From an uncultured Acidobacteriota bacterium (lineage in GTDB: Bacteria > Acidobacteriota > Blastocatellia > RBC074): a DNA stretch of 64,000 nt. The position numbers and the translations under genes were made by a program. The DNA is taken from contig CAWCKY010000003.1 in NCBI GenBank assembly GCA_963796275.1, forward strand, positions 672,001 to 736,000, in the 5' to 3' direction. Shown in pieces: positions 10,971-24,547 of the stretch. Position 1 is the stretch's first letter; every line of letters begins with the position of its first letter. The notes below the pieces were generated by a model. It searched no databases. It worked only from the letters and a program-made list of their open reading frames with translations, and was not told the origin of the DNA.

Positions 10971-11061
10971 AGAGAACGCGAAGCGCGCGAAAATAGTGAA
11001 ACACACGAGCTCTTTTCATACTGGTTGTGTGTTTCGTGGTTTTCGCGTGCTTCGCGCTCTA
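10971..11061. repeat. Long imperfect palindrome (REP-like or terminator)
   Basis: gcgaagcgcgcgaaaa..gaaacacac pairs with gtgtgtttcg..ttttcgcgtgcttcgc. Confidence 0.7.
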
Positions 11062-11087
11062 TTAAGGAGCTGAAAGGAATCAAGGCG

Positions 11088-11258
11088 ATGACCGGTTTTG
11101 CATTTATCCCAGGTGGCGGAGGCGTTGAAATCAACCATAACAAAAAACTCACATACAGGCTTTTTCAATTTGATCTTCTGTATACTAGTCTGGGTAACGG
11201 AGTCGGCCAATTGAATCCTAGAGTATCTACTGGTGTAGTTTTTAATATCAGGAAATAA
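11088..11258 (+). pseudogene. C-terminal remnant of an outer-membrane beta-barrel protein
   Basis: FAFIPGGGGVEIN...YRLFQFDLLYT...QLNPRVSTGVVF resembles the last strands of small OM beta-barrels; no N-terminus. Confidence 0.5.
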
Positions 11259-11430
11259 GAATAGCCAATACCTATTTCGTTTGTTAGATGAGAGGCAAAC
11301 TTCTCCAAGCTCTCCTATTTCGCCGAGATTGTCTCATCATCGATCCAAGTGGCTGACTCAGTATGCCATCTCTGCATGCTCGATGAGCTTGCCCCAATTT
11401 TCCCCACAGTCCAGAACCGGAGGAGGTTTT

Positions 11431-14400
11431 GTGCGATTACCAAAACAGCTGTCAGGTCTCATCGTGCTGTTGTCAATGACCGGTCTTGTTTGCTTCGACC
11501 ATCCCCTGAGCGACTTCTCTCTGGCGCAATCGAATGACGCGAATGACGCTGATGCCATTCGCGTTGTGGTCGGGAAACTCTTCGAGTCATATCAACAGAA
11601 AGACCTCGACAATTTGATCTCCTTCTGGAGCGAGAAATCTCCATTCCTTGCCAGGAACAAAAGTGCTTTCCATGCGGAATTCAATGCCTATATGAATATT
11701 GTCGTGAAAGGCTTTGACATCCGCCAGATGAAGATCGATGGCGATAAGGCGACGCTGCGTGTGTCGGCTGAATTGGCGCTCACGAGGGCCCGTATGGTAA
11801 AGCCCGCTGAAAGGATTGGGCAGAAGAACCGGACGATCCGGCTGTTCAATGAAGGCGGGGTCTGGAAGGTCTGGGAGTTTATCCATAGCGAGGAAGAGCT
11901 CGCCTCCGCGATCATGGCGGTGAAGACGGAGGAAGAACAGAACGCATTGATGGAGAAAGAACCGGAGCTGGTGAACTCCGATCTTGCCTCCGCCCTTATC
12001 CGTCTGGCACGTCCTGTACCTGGTGATCAAAGGAGCCACCAGCGCGCGTTAAAGTTCTGTCAGCTCGCCTACAAAATCGCCGAGGGGGCTGGCGATCAAT
12101 GGGTCATGGCAATCGCTCAAATGTCCATGGCATATGTCCAGCTTCGTATCGACTCACCAGAAAATTCTCTCGAGCTGGCACTTGAATATTACCGGAGAAG
12201 TTTGAAGATTGGAGAAGAGTACGGATTTAAGGAGATCATTGCCAAGTCCCTGAGAGGTGCTGCACAGATCTGTGCACATATGGGCGAGATATTGCAAGCC
12301 GAAGAATATTATCAGCGAGGCTTACCGCTGTTTAATGAATTGGGAGACCGCGATTTGATATACGACGCGATGAACGACCTGGGAGTCATATATCGCAGAA
12401 GAGGCAATTTCGCCAAGGCCCTGGAGCTTCTTTTTAAATCATTGAAGATGGCTGAAAGCAGGCTTGTATCCGGAAAAGATTGGCAGCACCTGGCACTGGC
12501 CCGGATGAATATGGGCATTGCCTTCTCCGTCCAGGGTAATTACGAACTGTCTGTGGTTTATCAGCGGCAGGCAGTCGAAGCTGCGGAAAAAGCGGTAATG
12601 TTGGGAGACCTTGCTTCTAAAGACACTAAGTCCGGAGCGTTATCACTGATCGGTTATGCCTATATGCAACTGGGCAACCTCTCTTTAGCGATGGAGTATA
12701 GTCAGAAAAGTTTGAAGGTGGCGGATGAGATCGAAAATATAGTGCCGTATTTTAAAGAAGACCTAATCTCGACGCTCAAATCGCAAGTTGGGTTCATTCT
12801 GGAAGCGGAAAATAAGACGCTTGAAGCAATCGCAATCTACCAGGAGGCGCTCGAACTGGCAGAAAAATCGAAAGATAAAACCAAGGTAGTGTATCCCCTA
12901 TTGTACCTGGGCAGAGCAAATAATCTGCGAGGCGATTATCGCCAGGCCCTGGTCTTTGCCGAACGAGCCGTCAAATCTGCCGAACGGGCCGACCAGAGGC
13001 TCAATACAGGTATGGCGCTGGTAGTAGTCGCCAAAGCCTATCAGAAGCTCGGCCAACCCGAAGAGGCTTATCAGGCATTGACAAGAGCCATCGATATTTA
13101 CGGGAAGTTGCGAGAGCATTTAGGTGGCACGGAACTCGATCGCCAGCGCTCTTTAGAAGAAGCAGTTACTCCATATCACGTCATGGTTGATCTCCAGATC
13201 GATCAAAAACGATTCATGGAAGCCTTCGCTTTTGCTCAACAGGCAAAAGGAGGCACCCTCCTGGAAATGTTGCAAAACGGCCGAGTCAATGTCGACCGTT
13301 CAGCGTCTCCGGAGGAGCGCGAAGAGGAACAACGACTGAACAAAAAGATCGTTTCCCTCAACCGCCAGATCACAGGCGAGAAGTTGAAATCTCAACCTGA
13401 TGTTAAACGCTTGTCTGAGTTTGAAGAACGGCTGAAAAACGCTCGTCTGGAGTTCGAAGCTTTCCAAACCACACTCTACGCAGCCCATCCCGAGCTCAAA
13501 GTGAAGCGCGGCGAGATTCGACCAGTCTCACTTGTGGATACGGCACCACTCTTTCCCGATTCGAAGACCGCCCTCTTGGATTTCATCGTCACAGACGAGA
13601 ATGTCCACCTCTTCGTCTTGACCAAGGAGGCTTCCGCCCAACCGGCCATGAACACCTACACTATCAAGGTCGACCGCAAAGCGCTGGCTGAGAAGGTGGA
13701 GCGCTTCCGTCGCCGAATGGAGAACAGAGACTACGATTTCCAGGAGCTCTCCAAGGAGCTCTACCTCTTGCTGATCAGACCGGCGGAGAAGCAGCTGCGG
13801 AACAAAACCAATCTCGTCATCTCTCCTGATAACGTGCTGTGGAACTTGCCATTCCAGGTATTGCTCTCGCCGGAGTTGCGGTATCTGATCGAGGATGCCG
13901 CGATCTCATATGCGCCATCTCTCTCAGTGCTGAGAGAGATGCAACTGTCGGGCAAGAAGAGGCAGTCGCCTGCCAAGGCGTCGTTAATCGCTCTGGGTAA
14001 CCCGGCGCTGGGAACGAGGAGTAAAGAATTGGCCAAGTTTGCGAAAATGGATGCGGAGCTGCAGCCCTTGCCTGAGGCGGCGGCTCAAGTCCGAGCTTTA
14101 GGGCGGTTGTATGGCCCAGAGCTCAGCCGAGTCTTTATTGGTCCAGGAGCGCGCGAAGAAGTGGTCAAGCAGCAATCAGCTCGATATCGTATTGTACACC
14201 TGGCGACCCACGGCATCCTCAACGACGTCAGCCCGATGTACTCGCACGTCCTGCTGTCTCAAACTCCCGGAAAGAGCGAGGAAGACGGGTTGCTGGAGGC
14301 CTGGGAGATGATGAATCTGGACTTGAATGCAGACTTGGTTGTACTCTCGGCCTGCGATACGGCGCGTGGACGAGTGGGAAAAGGAGAAGGGATGATCGGT

Positions 14401-14649
14401 ATGACATGGGCGTTATTCGTGGCTGACTGTCCGAGGACGGTGGTCAGTCAATGGAAGGTAGAGGCATCGAGCACGACGGCCCTCATGGTGGAGTTCCACA
14501 AGAAGTTCAAGACGAGATACGGCGGTCAGAAACCGGCGGTTTCTACGGCCGAGTCGATGAGGCAGGCGGCATTGAAAGTGATGAGCAATCCTGAATACGC
14601 GCACCCGTTCTACTGGGGCGGATTTGTCGTGGTCGGCGATGGAAACTGA
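11431..14649 (+). CDS. Secreted TPR + CHAT (caspase-like) protease, paralogue of 55-3267
   Basis: Start reassigned to GTG 11431 (GGAGGAGG RBS, same context as the gene at 55); HLATHG and VLSACDT motifs; TPRs. Confidence 0.92.
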   Translation: MRLPKQLSGLIVLLSMTGLVCFDHPLSDFSLAQSNDANDADAIRVVVGKLFESYQQKDLDNLISFWSEKSPFLARNKSAFHAEFNAYMNIVVKGFDIRQMKIDGDKATLRVSAELALTRARMVKPAERIGQKNRTIRLFNEGGVWKVWEFIHSEEELASAIMAVKTEEEQNALMEKEPELVNSDLASALIRLARPVPGDQRSHQRALKFCQLAYKIAEGAGDQWVMAIAQMSMAYVQLRIDSPENSLELALEYYRRSLKIGEEYGFKEIIAKSLRGAAQICAHMGEILQAEEYYQRGLPLFNELGDRDLIYDAMNDLGVIYRRRGNFAKALELLFKSLKMAESRLVSGKDWQHLALARMNMGIAFSVQGNYELSVVYQRQAVEAAEKAVMLGDLASKDTKSGALSLIGYAYMQLGNLSLAMEYSQKSLKVADEIENIVPYFKEDLISTLKSQVGFILEAENKTLEAIAIYQEALELAEKSKDKTKVVYPLLYLGRANNLRGDYRQALVFAERAVKSAERADQRLNTGMALVVVAKAYQKLGQPEEAYQALTRAIDIYGKLREHLGGTELDRQRSLEEAVTPYHVMVDLQIDQKRFMEAFAFAQQAKGGTLLEMLQNGRVNVDRSASPEEREEEQRLNKKIVSLNRQITGEKLKSQPDVKRLSEFEERLKNARLEFEAFQTTLYAAHPELKVKRGEIRPVSLVDTAPLFPDSKTALLDFIVTDENVHLFVLTKEASAQPAMNTYTIKVDRKALAEKVERFRRRMENRDYDFQELSKELYLLLIRPAEKQLRNKTNLVISPDNVLWNLPFQVLLSPELRYLIEDAAISYAPSLSVLREMQLSGKKRQSPAKASLIALGNPALGTRSKELAKFAKMDAELQPLPEAAAQVRALGRLYGPELSRVFIGPGAREEVVKQQSARYRIVHLATHGILNDVSPMYSHVLLSQTPGKSEEDGLLEAWEMMNLDLNADLVVLSACDTARGRVGKGEGMIGMTWALFVADCPRTVVSQWKVEASSTTALMVEFHKKFKTRYGGQKPAVSTAESMRQAALKVMSNPEYAHPFYWGGFVVVGDGN

Positions 14650-14657
14650 TTTTTATT

Positions 14658-15737
14658 ATGCAAACATTTGATACTGCACCAGTCCGCACCGGTGAAGAGC
14701 TTGATTGGAAAGCGCTCGAAGCTTATCTGTCAGAGCACCTGCCGGCAAAACTCGACGATGGCGCGATCGATTCCGACGCCGGGTTAGAAGTCGATCAATT
14801 TCCGGGCGGACATTCGAATCTCACATATCGCATCCGCTTCGGCGGACGCGAGTTCGTCATGCGCCGTCCGCCGTTCGGCCCGGTCGCGCCGACGGCGCAC
14901 GATATGCCGCGCGAATACAGGTTGCTGGCCGCCATCAATCCGCACTTTCCGCTCGCGCCGAAACCCTATCTGCTGTGCGAAGACGCGAACGTCATCGGCG
15001 CGCCTTTCTATTTGATGGAACGCCGTCGCGGGATAGTCGTGCGCCAAACGATACCACCCGAGATAGGCGATAATCTCGAACTCCGTCGGAAGATCGGCGA
15101 AAATCTGGTGGATACACTCGCCGACATGCATAGAGTCGAGATAGAGGGCACGGGTCTCATCAAGATCGGCAAACCTCAGGGTTTCGTCAAGAGACAGGTC
15201 GAAGGTTGGGCGGGGCGATGGGAACGGGCGAAAACCCGCGAATTGGACGAGATGACCAGGACTGCGCAATGGCTCGTTGAACGGCTTCCGTCCGACCCCG
15301 AGCGGCCATCCCTCGTTCACAACGATTACAAACTGGACAACATAATGCTCGACCCGGCAGATCCTGCTCGAATTGCTGCAATACTCGATTGGGAGATGTG
15401 CACCGTCGGCGATCCGCTGGTTGATCTCGGCTTGTTGCTATGTTATTGGCCTCAGGCTGACGATCCGGACCTCTTCTCCGATTCTCTGAGAAGCGTGACG
15501 ATGTTACCCGGGTGGATGAAGCGGGCGGAGATTATTGAAAGATACGCCGCGCGCAGCGGGCGCGACCTGTCGAATATCGCTTACTATCATACCCTGGCAG
15601 TTTTCAAACTAACGGTCGTGATCCAGCAAATTTACTATCGCTATCACGTGGGTCAGACCAAAGACGCGCGGTTCGCCGATTTCGATAAACGCGTCGAAGC
15701 GTTGGCGAAGATGGCTCACTCTATGATCCGATCTTGA
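14658..15737 (+). CDS. Aminoglycoside-phosphotransferase-family protein (ACAD10/11 N-terminal-like)
   Basis: [46 protein letters not shown]. Confidence 0.9.
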   Translation: MQTFDTAPVRTGEELDWKALEAYLSEHLPAKLDDGAIDSDAGLEVDQFPGGHSNLTYRIRFGGREFVMRRPPFGPVAPTAHDMPREYRLLAAINPHFPLAPKPYLLCEDANVIGAPFYLMERRRGIVVRQTIPPEIGDNLELRRKIGENLVDTLADMHRVEIEGTGLIKIGKPQGFVKRQVEGWAGRWERAKTRELDEMTRTAQWLVERLPSDPERPSLVHNDYKLDNIMLDPADPARIAAILDWEMCTVGDPLVDLGLLLCYWPQADDPDLFSDSLRSVTMLPGWMKRAEIIERYAARSGRDLSNIAYYHTLAVFKLTVVIQQIYYRYHVGQTKDARFADFDKRVEALAKMAHSMIRS

Positions 15738-16032
15738 GTCTGAGATAAGAAAAAATCCATAGTGTTGTAAAGCGCTCCCTGCTAAAACAGGAACAAAATG
15801 CCAGGCCATTGCATTTTGGCCACATTTGGCACTCTTGTTTCCATGTTTTAATAGATTGGTTGATCTAAACTGCCAATTCCAAACCAAATACCGACAACCC
15901 CCCCTTGAAGCCGTCACCTCGCGGTAGTAGCATAAGAATGGCTTTACCAAATAACATCAGCGCTCACGCGTGGGCGCCTATTTCGGTCAAAGGCAATGTA
16001 AAGATATATTCCAATTTGTTGCGAGGTATCCG

Positions 16033-18570
<2,538 letters not shown>

Positions 18571-18571
18571 A

Positions 18572-18690
18572 TCATTGTCATTTGTCATTTGTCATTCGTC
18601 ATTGAAGAGGATTGGTTCAGTCAGTCGTAAATGGTCAATGACAATTGGAAATGAAAAATGAAAAATAAAAAATGGAATGGAAAATGGAAA
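18572..18690. repeat. Heptamer tandem repeats (TTTGTCA)n with inverted (AATGAAA/AATGGAA)n arm
   Basis: ttgtcatttgtcatttgtcattcgtcattgaaga ... aatgacaattggaaatgaaaaatgaaaaa. Confidence 0.75.
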
Positions 18691-18708
18691 AAGAAGGGGG
18701 GTGAATGA

Positions 18709-20067
18709 GTGCACACGCTGGAAGACCTGCGGGAACGTATCAACCTTCGCCTCGATGACAGTTTTGTCGGGATCAGCGAGCAGGTGGCCGATCTAGCAGC
18801 CGAAGACCTGGTCGAACTGCTTAATCAATTGACGCTGATCGAGGCGGCATCGATCATGATGATGCTTCCGGTGGCGCGCGCCGTCGAGCTATTCGACCAG
18901 CCCACAATGTCACGCCGCGGGGCGATTCTGGAGAAACTCGAGCCGGGACGAGCCGCGCAGATCATCTCAGGCCTCGCCGCAGATGAGCGCACAGACATCA
19001 TTCAGCAAATAGGTCTGACCGAACGCCGCCGCATCCTCGCCCGCGTCGATAACGAGGTCAAAGCCGAACTCGAACACCTGCTGCAATACGAAGAACACAC
19101 TGCTGGCGGCATTATGACGACGGAGTTTGTGCGGCTCGATCCGGAGATGACAGTGGGCGATGCTCTCAAACATATCCGTTCGGTCGCGCGCGAGAAGGAG
19201 TCGATCTATGCCTGCTATGTGATGGAACCGGAGACCGACAGGCTACTGGGAGCGGTCTCGCTGCGCGATCTGGTTATGGCGGAGCTCGATCAGTCCGTGG
19301 CGCGCGTGATGCGCCGCCGGCCCATCACCGTTGAAGCCAGCGATGACCAGGAGACCGTGGCGCAAAAGATCGCCAAATATAACTTGCTCGCCGTCCCCGT
19401 GCTCGAGAAGGACGGCAGCCTCGTCGGTTTTGTTACGGTCGACGATGTCATCGACGTTTTGATTGAAGAGCAGACCGAAGATATTCTGCGAATGGCCGCA
19501 GTCGAACCAGGCGCGCTCGACCGGCCTTACTTCGACAACCCGATCTTTCGCGTCGTTCGCAAGCGGATCGGATGGCTGTTGCTTCTCTTCGTGGCGTCAA
19601 CGATGTCGAGCAAAGTTCTCAAGAGTTTTGGAGCGGAACTGGGGACCGTCGTCGCGCTTACTTTCTTTATTACGTTGTTGACCGGCACCGGGGGGAATGC
19701 GGGGGCGCAGACGGTGATGACAGTCATCCGCAGCCTCTCGCTAGGTGAGATCGGCGTGAAAAACGCCTGGCGCGTCGTACTTCGAGAGTCGCTGACGGGA
19801 TTGATGGTCGGAGGATTGATCGGCGTGGTCGCCTTTGCCCAGGCCTACTGGGTCACGCAGGATATCAAGTTGGCCTTGACAATTGCGGTCACCATCTGTG
19901 CAATCTGCGTCTGGTCGACTACGGTCGGAGCGATCGTTCCGATTGTGGCGCACCATTTCGGCGTCGACCCGGCTCTCCTCTCCGCACCGCTCATTACGAC
20001 TTTGGTTGACGCGACAGGTCTGCTAATTTATCTGTCGATTGCGAAGTTGATATTGGATCAAATTTAA
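18709..20067 (+). CDS. mgtE: Magnesium transporter MgtE
   Basis: [12 protein letters not shown] pair, [22 protein letters not shown]. Confidence 0.95.
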   Translation: MHTLEDLRERINLRLDDSFVGISEQVADLAAEDLVELLNQLTLIEAASIMMMLPVARAVELFDQPTMSRRGAILEKLEPGRAAQIISGLAADERTDIIQQIGLTERRRILARVDNEVKAELEHLLQYEEHTAGGIMTTEFVRLDPEMTVGDALKHIRSVAREKESIYACYVMEPETDRLLGAVSLRDLVMAELDQSVARVMRRRPITVEASDDQETVAQKIAKYNLLAVPVLEKDGSLVGFVTVDDVIDVLIEEQTEDILRMAAVEPGALDRPYFDNPIFRVVRKRIGWLLLLFVASTMSSKVLKSFGAELGTVVALTFFITLLTGTGGNAGAQTVMTVIRSLSLGEIGVKNAWRVVLRESLTGLMVGGLIGVVAFAQAYWVTQDIKLALTIAVTICAICVWSTTVGAIVPIVAHHFGVDPALLSAPLITTLVDATGLLIYLSIAKLILDQI

Positions 20068-20069
20068 CC

Positions 20070-20152
20070 GGCCAAAGAGGCACAGAGACAGAGAGGAAAA
20101 AGTGATTTGCGATTAATCACTAATACCTCTTCTCTCCTATGTGCATCTGGCC
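20070..20152. repeat. Imperfect palindrome (REP-like)
   Basis: ggcca.agaggcacagagacagagagg pairs with cctcttctctcctatgtgcatctggcc. Confidence 0.5.
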
Positions 20153-20180
20153 AGTCCTTGGCATTCGGGAATTTGAAATT

Positions 20181-21293
20181 ATGCGGACTAGACGAAAACG
20201 GCTGCGAATTTCTCTGGTATTTGTCCTGGCGGCTTTCGTATCGATCGCTCCGAATTTCAGCGCGCAGCAGCGGGCACTTTTCGATGTGATCCCGCTCGGA
20301 CTGCCGGAGGACACCTGGAGGTTCTACGTCCCGAAAAGCAATCCGCTCACCGCAGCGAAGATCGAGCTCGGCCGCAAACTCTTCTTTGACGCCCGGCTTT
20401 CGGCTGACGGCAAAGTATCGTGTTCGTCATGCCACGACCCGAAGTTGGCGTTCACCGATGGCAAAACGATTGCCGAAGGGATAGCGGGCCGGCGCGGGAC
20501 GCGCAATGCCCCTACGCTGCTCAATGCGGTGTTCAACCCCGCGCAATTCTGGGATGGCCGCGCTGATACCCTGGAACAACAGGCAGCCGAGCCGCTCATC
20601 AACCCGCTTGAAATGGGCAATGAATCGCACGATCAAGTGATCAACCGGCTGCGCTCGATCTCCGAGTACCGCGCGGAATTTCAATCCGTTTTCGGGGGTG
20701 AGATTACAATCGAGCGGTACTCTCAGGCAGTAGCTGCATATGAGCGTTCGCTGCTCTCGGGCGATTCACCGCTCGATCGATTTCTCGCAGGAGATGAAGA
20801 CGCGCTCAGCCAGAGCGCCAAACGAGGTTTTGCGATCTTCCGCGGAAGAGGTCGCTGCGCTCGCTGCCACTCTTTCACCGATCAACGACCATTCTTCACT
20901 GATTTCGCTTATCACAACACCGGAGTCGCCGCTTTTCATCCGGAGTTCGACAGACTCGCGCGACAGGCCGCCGCAGCCACGGAAACCGAGCGGGCAAAAG
21001 CCGTCATCGATAAACTCGGCCGCGAGCAAGGCGGTCAGGAATTGGGACGAATTTTGATCTCTTATCAGCTTTTCGATGTCGGCGCCTATCGCACACCGAG
21101 CTTGCGCAATGTGGGCGTCACCGCGCCTTACTTCCACAACGGCAGCGCAAAGACGCTCGCCGATGTGGTCAAGTTTTATAACGGAGGCGGCCGGCATAAC
21201 CCAAATATCGATGAAGAGCTCCACTCGCTGGGGTTGACCGAAGACGAGCAGCGCGAACTGGTGATTTTTTTGGAGTGTTTGACCGGCAGGTGA
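20181..21293 (+). CDS. Di-heme cytochrome c peroxidase (CcpA/MauG family)
   Basis: Signal peptide; two CxxCH motifs (CSSCH, CARCH); QFWDGRA; TPSLRNV..TAPYFHNG. Confidence 0.92.
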   Translation: MRTRRKRLRISLVFVLAAFVSIAPNFSAQQRALFDVIPLGLPEDTWRFYVPKSNPLTAAKIELGRKLFFDARLSADGKVSCSSCHDPKLAFTDGKTIAEGIAGRRGTRNAPTLLNAVFNPAQFWDGRADTLEQQAAEPLINPLEMGNESHDQVINRLRSISEYRAEFQSVFGGEITIERYSQAVAAYERSLLSGDSPLDRFLAGDEDALSQSAKRGFAIFRGRGRCARCHSFTDQRPFFTDFAYHNTGVAAFHPEFDRLARQAAAATETERAKAVIDKLGREQGGQELGRILISYQLFDVGAYRTPSLRNVGVTAPYFHNGSAKTLADVVKFYNGGGRHNPNIDEELHSLGLTEDEQRELVIFLECLTGR

Positions 21294-21301
21294 AGGAAAA
21301 T

Positions 21302-21365
21302 TCACAAAAAGAGGACATAAAAACATATAAATTTTCCCGATAATGTTTTTGTGTCCTCTTTGTAT
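21302..21365. terminator. Hairpin (terminator or REP-like) after the peroxidase gene
   Basis: acaaaaagaggacataaaaacat pairs with atgtttttgtgtcctctttgt, followed by a T-run. Confidence 0.6.
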
Positions 21366-21431
21366 TTTTTCTGCTCGCCATGATAGGGTAAATAGGATTC
21401 AGGACTCTACCTTTAGGAGGGTACCACTAAT

Positions 21432-22298
21432 ATGCTAACGCAATCGCTAAACCACACTTCTTCTCTCTACTCAACGACACGCAATTCAGATTTATCGCAT
21501 CGATCGTTCCGCTCGATTGCGGATTTCCGCAAAGCGAAACTGGATGGGCGCAAGATATCGATGCTCAGCGTCTATGACGCGATCTTCGCTCGGCTTGCGG
21601 TTGAGGCTGGGGCCAACACTCTCCTCGTAGGCGACAGTGTGGCGATGGTTCTATATGGATACGAGAGCACAATTCATGCCACGGTTGAGATGATCGCCTC
21701 GCACGTAGCGGCTGTTCGCCGCGCGTGTCCAGGCGCATTTATAGTCGCTGATCTTCCCTTCGGCTCCTACCGTAGAGGTGTGAAAGCCGCTATGAAGGCT
21801 GTCGAGGCAATGGCGCGCGCCGGAGCTAGCGCAGTCAAACTCGAGGGAGTCGCGGGCAATGAAAAGATCATCTCGCATATCGTTGAATCGGGAATTCCCT
21901 TGATGGGCCACATCGGGCTGACGCCTCAATCTGTGCTTGCGCTCGGAGGGTATAAGGTGCAAGGAGCGACAGAGAAGGGAGCATCCAGGCTCATCGAAGA
22001 CGCCCGAACCCTGGAGGGGCTGGGCGCCTTTTCACTTGTTCTGGAATGTGTAAGCCGCGGCCTGGGTCCACGTATCTCTACTCATCTTTCCATACCGGTC
22101 ATCGGAATCGGAGCCGGCGCGGATGTCGACGGTCAAGTGCTCGTGGTCTCCGACGTCCTCGGACTCTCGCGGGGCCGCTCTCCGCGATTTGTCAGGAAAT
22201 ACATGGATGGTGAGGCTCTGGTGTCAAAAGCGTTCGAAGAATTCTTTCGGCAGATAGACGAGTCGGATTACCCGAACCAGGCCGAGAGCTACGATTGA
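21432..22298 (+). CDS. panB: 3-methyl-2-oxobutanoate hydroxymethyltransferase
   Basis: LLVGDS, ADLPFGSY, AVKLEG, GHIGLTPQS, IGIGAG...DGQVLV; AGGAGG RBS. Confidence 0.96.
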   Translation: MLTQSLNHTSSLYSTTRNSDLSHRSFRSIADFRKAKLDGRKISMLSVYDAIFARLAVEAGANTLLVGDSVAMVLYGYESTIHATVEMIASHVAAVRRACPGAFIVADLPFGSYRRGVKAAMKAVEAMARAGASAVKLEGVAGNEKIISHIVESGIPLMGHIGLTPQSVLALGGYKVQGATEKGASRLIEDARTLEGLGAFSLVLECVSRGLGPRISTHLSIPVIGIGAGADVDGQVLVVSDVLGLSRGRSPRFVRKYMDGEALVSKAFEEFFRQIDESDYPNQAESYD

Positions 22299-23050
22299 TC
22301 GGAATTGACATGACTTCACAGATTCCCGGCAATCATCCGAGAAGGGTTTCGCTCGAGACGAGGACGAGGCTTACGGATGGTGTGCGGCAAGGGATTACAT
22401 CTTTCGATGGACTGATCGCTCATGGAAGAGGCGAGGCGTTTGATTATCTGCTGGGAGAGCAAACGCATGATTTTGCTCTACGTGCGATCGATGCAAGTGC
22501 GGCTGCTCTCCTCCTTGCAGAACGCCCCGTGATTTCAGTGAACGGAAATGCGGCAGCCCTTGTTCCACGAGAAATGGGAATTCTCGCGGAGATTCTCGGT
22601 TCTCCGCTCGAAGTGAACCTCTTTCACGCGAGCCGTGAGCGCGAAATGAAAATTCGCGATCACCTTCTCTCACACGGCGCCCGCCAAGTCCTCTTAGCGG
22701 ATGAGGATTTTGTTATAGGTGGTCTTGATTCCAACCGGCGCCTCGTAAATGGCCAGGGAATATATCGAGCCGATGTGATCTTCGTTCCTCTCGAAGACGG
22801 CGACCGCTGTGAGGCGCTCATTAGGTCCGGACGAAAAGTCATCACGATCGATTTGAACCCGTTATCGAGAACCGCGCGTACCGCCTCGATCACGATTGTG
22901 GATAATATCGTCCGGGCGCTTCCGCTGTTGATAGAACGTGTAAAATCTATTGGTTCGAATTCCCCTTCGATTCTCGAAGATATTATGAAGAAATACGACA
23001 ACAGCCTCACCCTTCGAGAATCAGAAGCGGTTTTACGTGGTAACCGTTGA
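22295..23050 (+). CDS. Archaeal-type 4-phosphopantoate--beta-alanine ligase (phosphopantothenate synthetase, COG1701-like)
   Basis: IP..HPR..SL, GLIAHGRGEAFDYLLGE, PVISVNGN.AAL, EVNLF, VPLEDGDR.EAL, IDLNPLSRTA, ITIVDNIVRA; start is TTG 22295 (overlapping the panB stop) or ATG 22310. Confidence 0.9.
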   Translation: MIGIDMTSQIPGNHPRRVSLETRTRLTDGVRQGITSFDGLIAHGRGEAFDYLLGEQTHDFALRAIDASAAALLLAERPVISVNGNAAALVPREMGILAEILGSPLEVNLFHASREREMKIRDHLLSHGARQVLLADEDFVIGGLDSNRRLVNGQGIYRADVIFVPLEDGDRCEALIRSGRKVITIDLNPLSRTARTASITIVDNIVRALPLLIERVKSIGSNSPSILEDIMKKYDNSLTLRESEAVLRGNR

Positions 23051-23124
23051 GGCAGGGCGGTATTGGGAGTGGGAGATAACAGTCGGTGAAGTCCATGGAG
23101 CGAACGGAGTGTTGACTCAATGAA

Positions 23125-23190
23125 CGTTTAGAGCTCCGCGGTCAGAAATCAAGCAAAAAAAAGACCGCGTAAACGCGGAACTCCAAACGC
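23125..23190. repeat. REP-like palindrome (family also at 35228-35306)
   Basis: cgtttagagctccgcggtc ... gaccgcgtaaacgcggaactccaaacg. Confidence 0.7.
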
Positions 23191-23210
23191 ATTAGTTCGG
23201 GGAGGGTTCT

Positions 23211-23981
23211 ATGATTCTTTGCCTGGACGTAGGAAATACGCAGATTTACGGTGGAGTATTCAAAGACAATGCGCTCGCCAGCACATTTCGGAAGAGCTCG
23301 TTAAATGTCGCCTCCTCAGATGAGTTCGGTCTATTTCTCCGTACCGTTCTGCGTGAGAGCGGTTACGATCCACTGGATGTGCGGCAGGTGGCGATCTGCT
23401 CGGTTGTGCCGAACCTGGTCCATTCTCTCCGCGCAGCGTGTCTCAAATACTTCGCCGGCGAACCGTTTCTTCTCCAACCAGGGGTTAAAACAGGACTCAA
23501 GATCAATTATCGAAACCCGATCGAAGTCGGCGCAGACAGGATCGCAAACGCTGTCGGCGCCCTCGATCGATTCCCCGATGAAAATCTAATTATCCTCGAT
23601 CTGGGAACAGCTAGCACCTTTTGCGCAGTCTCTTCCGGGCGCCAATATCTCGGAGGGGCGATTACCGCCGGGCTTCGCATCTCGATGGAAGCGCTCGAAT
23701 CCAAGACGGCTCGCCTGCCCGCCGTCGAAATAATCAGACCGGGGACTGCCGTCGGGCGCTCGACTGTTGAGAGTATTCAATCAGGACTGTTTTATGGGGC
23801 CGCCGGAGCTATTCGTGAGATTACGGAGAGAATGAAAACCGAATGCTTTCAAGGGCAGAATGTGATCGTGATCGGAACGGGGGGGTTCAGCAGGTTATTT
23901 GAGGAAGAGGGACTATTCGATAAGCTGGTTCCGGATCTGGTGCTACACGGTCTTTATGTCATTTGGCGGATGAATTCTTAA
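23211..23981 (+). CDS. coaX: Type III pantothenate kinase
   Basis: LDVGNT, SVVP, GADRIAN, DLGTAST, YLGGAI..G, TGG. Confidence 0.95.
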   Translation: MILCLDVGNTQIYGGVFKDNALASTFRKSSLNVASSDEFGLFLRTVLRESGYDPLDVRQVAICSVVPNLVHSLRAACLKYFAGEPFLLQPGVKTGLKINYRNPIEVGADRIANAVGALDRFPDENLIILDLGTASTFCAVSSGRQYLGGAITAGLRISMEALESKTARLPAVEIIRPGTAVGRSTVESIQSGLFYGAAGAIREITERMKTECFQGQNVIVIGTGGFSRLFEEEGLFDKLVPDLVLHGLYVIWRMNS

Positions 23982-24091
23982 ATGAGAAAACAATCCCGAT
24001 TTCCTCATATCCCTGGTGGGGGCAGGTAACATCCAAACATACCGATCCCCCACCGCGCATTTTGAAAATTGCTGAATTTAAGTGGCCAAGC

Positions 24092-24547
24092 TTAAGCGGC
24101 GAGTTGAGGTTCCGTCCCAGGCTCTAGCGATATCTGACTTACGATGTACTGAAACGAGACGTCTCTTAATCTATCATCGACTTTGAGTGGAAGAGGCAGT
24201 TCGATAGTCCCTTGGGGACCGACACTGTATCTCGGGGTATCATAATGGTTTTTGGTTGCTGCTGAGACATCGGGTGCATTCTGATCCAACCAGCGATTGA
24301 CCTCTGGGTGGAGCACATCCAGGCCGTATTGTTGCCACAGGAGTTCCATCACGACTATGCTCGGTGGGACAGCTTTGCGGTGATATACGGCAGGCACTCT
24401 CAGTTTGACAATTATTTCATCGGGCACTGGGTTGGTGAAACCTTGCTGCTTGTTACCGAAAATATTGAGGCACTGTAACATTGTAATCTTCCCTTTCGAC
24501 TTCGTTGCATCAGATTTCAACTTTTCCGATTCTAGAACAGGAATCAA
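24092..24547 (-). CDS. Hypothetical protein (possible later start ATG 24481)
   Basis: Only substantial ORF in the gap; no recognisable motif. Confidence 0.45.
   Translation of the reverse strand: MIPVLESEKLKSDATKSKGKITMLQCLNIFGNKQQGFTNPVPDEIIVKLRVPAVYHRKAVPPSIVVMELLWQQYGLDVLHPEVNRWLDQNAPDVSAATKNHYDTPRYSVGPQGTIELPLPLKVDDRLRDVSFQYIVSQISLEPGTEPQLAA

Noticed and set aside
11281-11430. N-terminal extension of CHAT gene 2 in the ORF track
   Set aside because: The RBS and homology with gene 1 place the start at GTG 11431.
4398-14649. Diversity-generating retroelement template/variable repeat pair for the CHAT copies
   Set aside because: No reverse transcriptase in the window, differences are not restricted to adenines, and the copies cover the 5' end rather than a C-terminal variable region.
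15782-15850. Imperfect inverted repeat upstream of the kinase
   Set aside because: Probably an ordinary terminator or degenerate REP; no second copy was found.
21380-21431. Possible pan RNA motif upstream of panB
   Set aside because: Only a weak short stem is visible, which is not enough without a covariance-model search.
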